A DNA stretch of 16,508 nt from PVC group bacterium. GTDB taxonomy: Bacteria; Auribacterota; Erginobacteria; Erginobacterales; Erginobacteraceae. Shown here piece by piece: positions 1-7,589 of the stretch. The position numbers and the translations under genes were made by a program. Below the pieces are notes generated by a model that made no database searches, was not told the DNA's origin, and worked only from the letters and a program-made list of their open reading frames with translations. The number at the start of each line of letters is the position of its first letter. Position 1 is the first letter of the stretch. The stretch spans positions 1-16,508 of the forward strand of contig JAZDIV010000004.1 in NCBI GenBank assembly GCA_043804695.1, in the 5' to 3' direction.

Positions 1-6
1 GCTGTC

Positions 7-270
7 GTAGCGGCAGCCTTCAGAGACTGTCCGACAACCCCTGAAATGTCATCGCGATCCGCCTCAGGCGGAGAAGCGATCTGACCCGAAGGGTCATCCT
101 GAACGAAGTGAAGGATCTCTATAGATCCCTCGTTGCACTCATCTCAATTCTTCGATGTCTACGACGGGACGATGCTACGCATCGGATTGCTTCGTCGCTC
201 CGCTCCTCGCAATGACCGCGAAATTTGCAAAAATGCCAATTGTCAGACAGCCTCTAAAGACCGCCGCTAC
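7..270. repeat. GTAG-type REP/REPIN-like element interrupted by a MITE
   Basis: Starts GTAGCGGCAGCC-TTCA (7-22) and ends TAAA-GACCGCCGCTAC (255-270); same architecture as the GTAG...CTAC element at 10121-10344. Confidence 0.75.
23..254 (-). mobile_element. MITE copy A (non-autonomous, 15-bp terminal inverted repeats)
   Basis: Ends GAGACTGTCCGACAA (23-37) and TTGTCAGACAGCCTC (240-254), one mismatch each to the perfect TIR of copy B. Both outer segments match 10162-10328 in reverse complement; the centre differs. No coding capacity. Confidence 0.75.
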
Positions 271-319
271 AACATTTTTTGAAATTCCGAAGCAGCAAAT
301 TAGCTTCGCAACTTGAATT

Positions 320-368
320 GTAGTGGTCGAGCTTGCTCGACCAAAGGCAGAGCAAGCTCTGCCACTAC
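320..368. repeat. GTAG REP doublet (REPIN-like)
   Basis: GTAGT-GGTCGAGCTTGCTCGACC-AAA-GGCAGAGCAAGCTCTGCC-ACTAC: two inverted hairpins bounded by GTAG/CTAC. A related half copy with its flank lies on the minus strand at about 11268-11323. Confidence 0.75.
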
Positions 369-470
369 ATTATTATCCCGATTCATTTATTCAAAATATT
401 GTTATCCCGACGGATGTCGGGACGGATGTCGGGAAAATTCCGAAGCAGTGAATCAGCAGGGGAAGATACG

Positions 471-3400
471 GTGAAAGAGATGAGAGAAAGAGTAGTCAAG
501 GGCGGCCGTCCGATGGCGGCCGCGTTCGTGCTGGTCGGGATGATATCCCTCTCTCTGCCGGGAGGAGCCGGATACGGTCAATCCCCGGTCTCGCCGCCGC
601 CGGGTGATATCCTGCCGCTCCCGCCCGTGATTCGGGCCTGGTACTGGCCAACCCCGAGCCCCTCCCCGTCATCCACAGCCGTTCCCGCCCTCTCGCCGAC
701 CCCGAAGATGATCTCCGCGGCCTGGATTCCGCCGGAGGAGCTGTTCGCTGCCTTCGGTCCGGGCGCCCGCCAGCTCCTGGGGGGCAGGACGGTTGATAAA
801 CAGGAGGTCACCGTTGTTTATCCCAACCGGACCCGGATCAAGTACGATGTCTATCCCGAGACCGAGTACGACACGAATAAAAAGAGCCTCTCCTACGGTC
901 TTCTGATGGAGGCCTATCGGTCGGTTTTCTGGGAGATGTTCGGCATCGCTCTGGTTACTCCCACCCCCGCCGCGACGCCTCCCCCGGTCGCCACTCCGAC
1001 ACCGGCGGGCTATAAAACCCCGGTTCCGACCCGGACGCCTTCTCGGACCCCGGTTCCGACTCCGACCCCGGTTCCGACTCCGACCCCGGTCTCGACTCGG
1101 ACCCCGACCCCGGTCTCGACTCGGACCCCGGCCCCGGTCTCGACTCGGACCCCGGTCCCGACCCCGACCCCGTTCGATTATAAGACTCCCAGTCCCAGTC
1201 CCAGTCCCACGCCTACGCTTTCTCCCGCGCCGCTTATGGTCAAGTCTGTTAATGATCTGGATGTGATCTTTACCCGCGCGACCGATCCGTATGGATGGCG
1301 ATATGCCATGACCACCGCCTGGGAACCCGGAACCGATATTTTTGGAAGGACGTATGATTCGGAAAATATCTGGAGCGGAGAGCCCGGTTTTTCTGTAGCT
1401 ACCGAAGCGGCGTTATGGATTGCCTTCAGTAACGAATCGGTGGATATCCGGGAAGGAGATTATCTGATCTGTGATTATGACGGCGATCCTCCCGCGATAG
1501 TTAATATCTATCCGCCGGCTCTCTCCGGCGCTATTGATGCGTATTATTACATCGGGATCGACGGTGCTACCTACACTGATAGGGATTTAAAATATCTGGC
1601 CAAGGCGGTGCCCACCCCGACGGCGCCGACCGGATCGCGAGGTAGGGGTATTCCGACGCCCGCTCCCACCGGTTCACTCTTAAAGGAAACGATACCGCCG
1701 GCACCGCCCGTCCCCGCAGTGTCATCGACGCCGTACCAAGTTGCGGGCCCGGCGACCTTCGATCTGATTAATGTGCTCCGGGTCGGGGCCCCGGTCTGGT
1801 CGGTCTGGGCGGACGAACGGTTTCTGTACGGCGGCGCCGGCGACGGCCGGGTCTATCTCTGGGAGCGGGGTCCGTCCGGTTTCTATTTTCAGGACAGCTA
1901 CGGCGGCTATACCGACGGCAATATGTACGGTCTCTCGGGATCGGGGCCGGCCGGTCGCCGCCTTTACGGGGCGAACGAAGACGGAACCGTCTATGCCTGG
2001 GACCATGATGCCGCCGCCGGCGATCTGACGCTCATGGCCATTCTCGACCAGGGCGGCGGATTCATGTATTCGGTGGCGTCGGACGACGGGTTCATCTGCG
2101 GTGCCAACAATGACGGCCGGATCTACGTCTGGTCGTCCTCCGACTTCAGCCTGCAGACCGTTCTGGACGAAAGACTGGGGCCGATGCTCTCGGTCTGCCT
2201 GGATGACGATTATATTTACGGGGCCGGCGCCGACGGCGCTGTCTATCTCTGGGACAGAAAGACTCTCGCCCTGGTCAACGCCTTCTCCGTTTCGACGGAG
2301 ATCATGTGGTCGGCCGCGGTGGATGGCGCTCGTTTCTACGGTGGCGGTTCCTCCCCGGCCGTCGCCGGTTGGTCGAAAGAGGACTTCGCCCTCCAGACCT
2401 CCCGCGGGGAACCCGCCGGCCCGATCGGCAGCCTCAGTTCCGACGACCGGACATATCTTTACGGGGCCGGTCCCGACGGGTCCGTGTATGTCTGGTCCCT
2501 GGCGGACTTCTCTCTCCAGACGGTCCTGGGCGCGAGCCGCCTCCCGATGAACGCCGTCTTCGCCGACCGCGGCCGCCCGGGCGAATCTGTTGCCCGCCGC
2601 ATTTTCGGGGCCTCCGCGGACGGAAACATCTATGTCTGGCGGGGAGAACGGACGCCGCCCCCCGTCCCGACCCCGTCAATTCCGCCGCCTCCCACGCCGG
2701 CGGCGGTGACCCCGCCGGGTGCTGGAACGCCGACGCCGCGTTCGTCGTCAACACCGGGCCCGGAGGGAGCGCGTTCCCCGTTGTCTTCTCCGCCCCCGGC
2801 TCCCACCCCGGCACCGGAAGATCTGTCCACCCCGCGCCCCTCCCCGTCGCCGACCTTAGGAGCCTGGTTTCTGGTTGTCCCGTCGCCCTCGCCGACCCCG
2901 TCCGATTTCGCGCTCCTGGCCGTCCTCTCCGGGGGAGACGGCTGGATGTTCGGGGTGTACGCCGACGGGGACTACGTCTACGGGGCCAATCAGGACAGGA
3001 AGATCCACATCTGGAGCCGGTCGACCTACCGGCCGGTGACGAACCTTACCGTCCCCGATTGTCGGGAGATGCTCTCGGTCTATGCCGACGGCGACTACAT
3101 TTACGGCTCGAACGAGGACAGCCGGGTCTACGTCTGGGACCGGCGGACCTTCAGTCTCCTCCGCGCGCTTGGCGACGGGCAGTACTACGCGGAGTCGGTC
3201 TTCGCCGACGGCGACTATCTCTATTGTGCCAACTACGACCGGTCGCTTTATCTCTGGAATCGGTCCGACTTCAGCCTGCAGACGAAGCTGTCCGGCCCGG
3301 GAGGATGGCTGAACGCGGTCTATGCCGACACCGGACGGATCTACGCCGGCAGCGGCGGCGCCGACTACAACGTCTACCTCTGGAACCGGGAAACGCGGGA

Positions 3401-4766
3401 GTTACTGAAGTCGCTCGCCGGGCCGACCGATGATCTGAACTCGGTTTGGGCCGACGGCGATTTTATTTACGGCGGATCGGCGGACGGCAATGTCTATCTC
3501 TGGGATTACGGGGCGCTGTACCTGAAAAAGATTCTCAGTGAACCCCGCAATCAGGTCACTTCGGTCATCTCCCGGGGGGCATTCATCTACGGCTCCAGCC
3601 TCGACACCGATCTCTATGTCTGGGAAAAGCCGGGCCTGAGACTCTATAAAGTGCTCGAGGACAGCCAACAGCCGCTGCAGGGGGCCTGTGTTGACGGCGG
3701 CCAGATCTTCGCCGCCGCCCGCGACGGCAACATCTATGTCTGGCAGGCGCCCTCGGGAGAAACGAAGTCAGGAACGGCCGCGGCGACACCCGCCGCCCCA
3801 GGCGCTCTTCCCAACTGGGTACCCGGCCCGACGCCGCCGGAGGGAACGGCGGGCCCGGGGGATGCGGAGGCGGCCGAGGAGGAGGCATTCCCCGTCCTCT
3901 TCCCGACCCCGCCCGTTTATAAATGGAAACCCCCGGCGGAGCCCTACGATTCCCACAAGAAAACCCTGGACTACCCGCTTCTCCAGGAGACCTATAAAAA
4001 AGTCTATCGCGATTTTTTCAACATTCTTCTCACCACCCCCACGCCGCCGCCGACGCCGGTTCCAACGGCCAAAGTTGAGAGTACGCCGACACCGCAGGGG
4101 TATAAGACCCCGGTGTCAAGTGGCGACGACGTGGTGATCAACGAGGTTGCCTGGGGCGGAACTGTCGCCGGGAGCGGGAAGCAGTGGATCGAGCTTCACA
4201 ATTACGGGAGCTCATCAGTCAGCCTGGACGGGTGGAAGCTCCAGAACAACACCGCTCTCTGGGAGATATCGATCTCCGGTTCTCTCTCGATCGCCGCCGG
4301 CGGTTACTTTATCCTCGCCACCGCCCCCGATCCCACCGGGGGGAAGGTCAGCTACTCCTATGACAGTGCCAAGAGCATGACCGCGAGCGGGAATAACCTG
4401 GCCCTGGTCAACGCCGCCGGCACCACCGTCGATTCGGTCCTCTGCGGAAACTATGGCCGGTGGTACGCCGGGGGGCAGGGAATTTCGATGGAACGGATCG
4501 ACCCCGAGGCCTCCGGCTCCACCGCGGCCAACTGGAACGACGCGCTGCCCACTTCAACCTACGGGTCGGGGAGCGACCGGGGAACGCCGGGCGCGAAGAA
4601 CAGCCAGCAGGTGAGCTCAGCTTCCTCCGGCGGAACTTCATCCGCGGCCGTCGGCGCCGGGGGGCGGTGCCGCCGCTCAGTCCGCGGGCGCGGAAAAGAA
4701 CCTCTCGCTCCAGGACTACGCCGACTGGATCGACTTCCAGAACGGCCATTACTTCAAGCTCTATGA
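471..4766 (+). CDS. Large secreted Pro/Thr-linker protein with two 7-bladed WD40 propellers and a lamin-tail domain; N-terminal part of a frameshifted gene that continues to 6381
   Basis: GTG at 471 (or ATG 480) after purine-rich AGGGGAAG, followed by basic + hydrophobic signal-like peptide. 14 repeats of SVxADxxYIYGxxxDGxVYxW in two blocks (about 1760-2645 and 2910-3746). LTD signature VVINEVAW...QWIELHN...SMER...GTPGAKNS (about 4125-4605). Last ~35 codons after 4664 look out of frame. Confidence 0.85.
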   Translation: MKEMRERVVKGGRPMAAAFVLVGMISLSLPGGAGYGQSPVSPPPGDILPLPPVIRAWYWPTPSPSPSSTAVPALSPTPKMISAAWIPPEELFAAFGPGARQLLGGRTVDKQEVTVVYPNRTRIKYDVYPETEYDTNKKSLSYGLLMEAYRSVFWEMFGIALVTPTPAATPPPVATPTPAGYKTPVPTRTPSRTPVPTPTPVPTPTPVSTRTPTPVSTRTPAPVSTRTPVPTPTPFDYKTPSPSPSPTPTLSPAPLMVKSVNDLDVIFTRATDPYGWRYAMTTAWEPGTDIFGRTYDSENIWSGEPGFSVATEAALWIAFSNESVDIREGDYLICDYDGDPPAIVNIYPPALSGAIDAYYYIGIDGATYTDRDLKYLAKAVPTPTAPTGSRGRGIPTPAPTGSLLKETIPPAPPVPAVSSTPYQVAGPATFDLINVLRVGAPVWSVWADERFLYGGAGDGRVYLWERGPSGFYFQDSYGGYTDGNMYGLSGSGPAGRRLYGANEDGTVYAWDHDAAAGDLTLMAILDQGGGFMYSVASDDGFICGANNDGRIYVWSSSDFSLQTVLDERLGPMLSVCLDDDYIYGAGADGAVYLWDRKTLALVNAFSVSTEIMWSAAVDGARFYGGGSSPAVAGWSKEDFALQTSRGEPAGPIGSLSSDDRTYLYGAGPDGSVYVWSLADFSLQTVLGASRLPMNAVFADRGRPGESVARRIFGASADGNIYVWRGERTPPPVPTPSIPPPPTPAAVTPPGAGTPTPRSSSTPGPEGARSPLSSPPPAPTPAPEDLSTPRPSPSPTLGAWFLVVPSPSPTPSDFALLAVLSGGDGWMFGVYADGDYVYGANQDRKIHIWSRSTYRPVTNLTVPDCREMLSVYADGDYIYGSNEDSRVYVWDRRTFSLLRALGDGQYYAESVFADGDYLYCANYDRSLYLWNRSDFSLQTKLSGPGGWLNAVYADTGRIYAGSGGADYNVYLWNRETRELLKSLAGPTDDLNSVWADGDFIYGGSADGNVYLWDYGALYLKKILSEPRNQVTSVISRGAFIYGSSLDTDLYVWEKPGLRLYKVLEDSQQPLQGACVDGGQIFAAARDGNIYVWQAPSGETKSGTAAATPAAPGALPNWVPGPTPPEGTAGPGDAEAAEEEAFPVLFPTPPVYKWKPPAEPYDSHKKTLDYPLLQETYKKVYRDFFNILLTTPTPPPTPVPTAKVESTPTPQGYKTPVSSGDDVVINEVAWGGTVAGSGKQWIELHNYGSSSVSLDGWKLQNNTALWEISISGSLSIAAGGYFILATAPDPTGGKVSYSYDSAKSMTASGNNLALVNAAGTTVDSVLCGNYGRWYAGGQGISMERIDPEASGSTAANWNDALPTSTYGSGSDRGTPGAKNSQQVSSASSGGTSSAAVGAGGRCRRSVRGRGKEPLAPGLRRLDRLPERPLLQAL
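1047..1154 (+). repeat. Intragenic tandem repeats (2 x 18 bp, then 3 x 24 bp) encoding Pro/Thr linker
   Basis: ACCCCGGTTCCGACTCCG x2 (1047-1082), then (A/G)CCCCGGTCTCGACTCGGACCCCG x3 (1083-1154); encode TPVPTP and TPVSTRTP. Confidence 0.9.
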
Positions 4767-4890
4767 ATGGGATCTGACCGGCCTGGATAAAAAGTACGCC
4801 CTCTTTGACTATCTTCCCAACACCGCGTTCATCTATCTGGTAACCGGGTATAAGCCGACCGGCACTTATTTCAAGGAGAACCTCCTGGAA

Positions 4891-6381
4891 ATGATCCGGG
4901 ATAAAAAGTTCACGTGGGGGGGGGAAGAACACTGCCGTTATATTGCCGATATCGCGGAATCGTATCTGGCCGTCCTTGACCGGGGACTTTTCAGCAAGGA
5001 GGAGCGGGCGGAGATCGAAGAGAAATTCTATGCCCTGGCGATCGGGCAGCGGGAGTTTTATAACTACGGCAACTACGCCCAGGGCATTATCTGCGGCCTG
5101 AACGCCGCGGTCGGCTACATCATCGGCGGAAAACGCGGCGAGGAGATGATCTCCTGGGCCAACCGGCTCCTCAGTTACGACGACACCTGGACCCTCCCGG
5201 AGAACTCGCGCCACTACCAGGGACTCTTCATCCGGGAGATGCTCCGGGTGGCCCTTTATTCCAACCGGATGACGATCCCGGATGTTGACGGCTGGGGGTT
5301 GGCCTGGAAGAGTAATTTCATTCGGCAGGTGGAGTGGATTATCGACACCTTCCCGCATAACGGGTTCAATCCGGCCTACGGCCGGGACTATCGTCAGAAC
5401 TACGTGGACCATTTTACGGTGCCTTTGATCGTGGCCACCACGGTCCTCGACGATGGCAACCCCGAGCATCTCCTTCTGGCGAAGGAGGCGAAGTGGCTGC
5501 TCCAGGAGATGTTCACGTATGGAACCACCCACCGGGTCTGTGATTTTGGCCAGAATATCTACGGGTACGAGGCCGCCCAGTGGGGTCCGTTCGCGATCCT
5601 TCTCAACCCGCTCTATCTCTACTGGTTCCTGAATGAGTCTCTCCCCCCCGAACGCCCCGGTCCCGCCCATCCGGGCAGCCGGGCCGTTTACCGCCCGATG
5701 ATGCCCCGGGGCGAAATCGCCAGCGTTTATGATGAAAGTTTGAATGCTTTCAAAACCCAGCCCGACAAGATCATTCACCGCACCGGCTGGGAGGAGGGCG
5801 CCCTTTTCCTGATGCTGGACCCGGCATATCCGGCGGCCAAGTCCGGGGAGGACAAGTACAGCTTCGCCAACAACCTGCTCAGCCTCTCCTGCGGACCGGA
5901 AGAATTCCTGACCGGGGTGACCATGAACTTTTTCAACCCGGACAAGACAAACAACAATCTGGCCGATATTCTGGAAAGCTACATCGGCGCCGAACTGGTG
6001 AACTGGACCAATACCGATGAGCTTTCCCGCAGTGTCACCCGGCTCCGGGACGGCAAGAACACCTGGACCCGGGAGATCACTCTCTATAAAACGGGCGACC
6101 GCCGGATCGAGGTGAAAGACACCCTCTCCCGGCGGGGGAGCGTCTACTGGCATTTCCAGGGAACACCGCAGTGGCGCTCCGGCGGGGTGACGCTGGATGT
6201 CAACGGCACCCGCCTTGACGTGACCTGGGAGGGGGCGGAACGGATGACGCGCCGGGACCGGACGACCTGGTCGGAACCCTCGCATACCCGCCGGTGGACA
6301 TATTCCGGCGATCCCGACCGCGAGGTGAAGCTGTATCTTGCCGGTCCCGGAACCGTCGTCACCACGTTCCGGGGGCTATAG
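4891..6381 (+). CDS. Divergent heparinase II/III-like (polysaccharide lyase-like) region; probable C-terminal continuation of the 471 gene
   Basis: This frame is open from 4615 with protein-like sequence (EKNLSLQDYADWIDFQNGHYFKLYEW...) and no ATG/GTG/TTG before 4891. Motifs PENSRHYQ, FPHNGFNPAYG, IHRTGWEEGALFLMLD and WTREI...IEVKD...YWHF follow the order seen in heparinase II/III-type proteins. Coding status is confident, the family call is tentative. Confidence 0.75.
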   Translation: MIRDKKFTWGGEEHCRYIADIAESYLAVLDRGLFSKEERAEIEEKFYALAIGQREFYNYGNYAQGIICGLNAAVGYIIGGKRGEEMISWANRLLSYDDTWTLPENSRHYQGLFIREMLRVALYSNRMTIPDVDGWGLAWKSNFIRQVEWIIDTFPHNGFNPAYGRDYRQNYVDHFTVPLIVATTVLDDGNPEHLLLAKEAKWLLQEMFTYGTTHRVCDFGQNIYGYEAAQWGPFAILLNPLYLYWFLNESLPPERPGPAHPGSRAVYRPMMPRGEIASVYDESLNAFKTQPDKIIHRTGWEEGALFLMLDPAYPAAKSGEDKYSFANNLLSLSCGPEEFLTGVTMNFFNPDKTNNNLADILESYIGAELVNWTNTDELSRSVTRLRDGKNTWTREITLYKTGDRRIEVKDTLSRRGSVYWHFQGTPQWRSGGVTLDVNGTRLDVTWEGAERMTRRDRTTWSEPSHTRRWTYSGDPDREVKLYLAGPGTVVTTFRGL

Positions 6382-6437
6382 ATACATTGACAAACCGTGA
6401 TAATACTGTTGATTAGTATTGGGATAGGAGAGCGGTC

Positions 6438-7103
6438 ATGACCGATACAGATGACAGGGAGGCGTCAGCCGGCTTGTCACAGGACATGAAACTGATTAAA
6501 TTACGATTGAAGACGCTGATCCGGACCGATGAGGCATACCTGGTCGACCTGGGCCAGGGAAAGGTCTGGATACCGAAAACCGCGATCAAGTCATCCCGGC
6601 GGATCGACCAGGGGATACTGGAAGTCGAGGTCCTGGAGAGCGTGATCCGGGGGAAACGCCAGGAGATGCGCAAGCTGAAAGAGCAGCTGACCGGGTTGAA
6701 GGGATCGATCCTGGGCGAGGTGATAGAGCTGACCGGCACGCTGGTCAAGGAGAGCAAAGACGCTATTTTGATCAAGGTCGGCTCCCAGGAGATGTATCTC
6801 CCGCGCGTCTGTTTCTCCGAATGCGCGAAGATGCCTGATCAGCAGTACCGGTTTGTGGTCCAGAAGGATTACCTCGAGTTCAAGCTCCGCCGGCTGCAGG
6901 AGGCCGATCAGAGAGACGCGATCAGCACCGTTCAAGCCGAGCTTCTTCGGGAGACCGACCGCGCCTACCTGTTGAAATACGAGGGGCTGGAAATCTGGTT
7001 TCCCAAGCGGGCGGTGATCGAGGCTCGTGACCTCGGAGGAAAGTGGGAGTTCGTGGTGGCGACCGATTTCTGGATGTTCAAGCTCGAAAAGCAGGTCTCC
7101 TGA
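6438..7103 (+). CDS. Hypothetical protein with three tandem ~60-aa ETDxAYL...WxPK domains
   Basis: AGGAGAG RBS upstream; internal repeats LIRTDEAYLV..KVWIPKTAI, LVKESKDAILI..EMYLPRVCF, LLRETDRAYLL..EIWFPKRAV. Confidence 0.85.
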   Translation: MTDTDDREASAGLSQDMKLIKLRLKTLIRTDEAYLVDLGQGKVWIPKTAIKSSRRIDQGILEVEVLESVIRGKRQEMRKLKEQLTGLKGSILGEVIELTGTLVKESKDAILIKVGSQEMYLPRVCFSECAKMPDQQYRFVVQKDYLEFKLRRLQEADQRDAISTVQAELLRETDRAYLLKYEGLEIWFPKRAVIEARDLGGKWEFVVATDFWMFKLEKQVS

Positions 7104-7121
7104 CCCGCCCCGCTGTTTGCC

Positions 7122-7589
7122 CTACCCGAAGTTCTCTTCCGGGACCAGGCTGTCGCCGAACCGGCGGTGGAGCCGTTCCTTGTCTTCCATGGTCATCGTG
7201 GAGAAATAATCTTCGAACTTCATCCCCGCGGACTGCTCGAGGATGAACTTGACCAGTTCCACGAACGCCTTGATGTTCCGGGCCCGGTAAGACGGGACCG
7301 TGCTTACCTTCTGATAGAGGTAATATCTGATTTTGCTCCAGAGATCGGCGACATTTTTTGCCCACTCCTTCGGGAAGCCCTTCTTTTGCACCAGTTGATC
7401 GAGCCGCCAGCTGAAGTTGGTGGGCGTGGTCGGCCCTTCTTCATCGGGGAGAGACTTCGCCATGGCCCGTCCGATTGCCAGGAATGCATAGTGTCCGGCA
7501 TGCTGTTCTTTCTCCCGGCGCTCCAGAACGATGGCGGTGATCATCAAATCGATCGCCTCCGGATCCACTTTCAAACGCTGCCTGGCCAT
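7122..7589 (-). CDS. Hypothetical helical protein, possibly HEPN-like
   Basis: GGAGG RBS upstream of ATG; 155 aa; AGHYAFLAIGRAMAKSL...PTTPT...LWSKIRYYLY loosely follows the HEPN helix pattern. Family call is weak. Confidence 0.75.
   Translation of the reverse strand: MARQRLKVDPEAIDLMITAIVLERREKEQHAGHYAFLAIGRAMAKSLPDEEGPTTPTNFSWRLDQLVQKKGFPKEWAKNVADLWSKIRYYLYQKVSTVPSYRARNIKAFVELVKFILEQSAGMKFEDYFSTMTMEDKERLHRRFGDSLVPEENFG

Noticed and set aside
405..432. GACGGATGTCGG direct repeat and small hairpin upstream of the large gene
   Set aside because: Only two 12-bp units; a local duplication with no further support as a regulatory site.
333..470. ORF-track start of the large gene at TTG 333
   Set aside because: It lies inside the REP doublet with no RBS; starts at 471/480 have a purine-rich leader and place the signal peptide at the N-terminus.
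2306..3433. 375-aa alternative-frame ORF and similar Arg/Pro-rich ORFs in the large gene
   Set aside because: Off-frame shadows of a GC-rich gene whose main frame has clear WD40 repeats.
4408..6285. 625-aa minus-strand ORF
   Set aside because: Antisense shadow of the lyase-like frame; no motifs; expected with high GC3.
6387..6420. Perfect TTGACA upstream of the triple-repeat gene
   Set aside because: No acceptable -10 hexamer at 16-18 bp spacing, so no promoter call.
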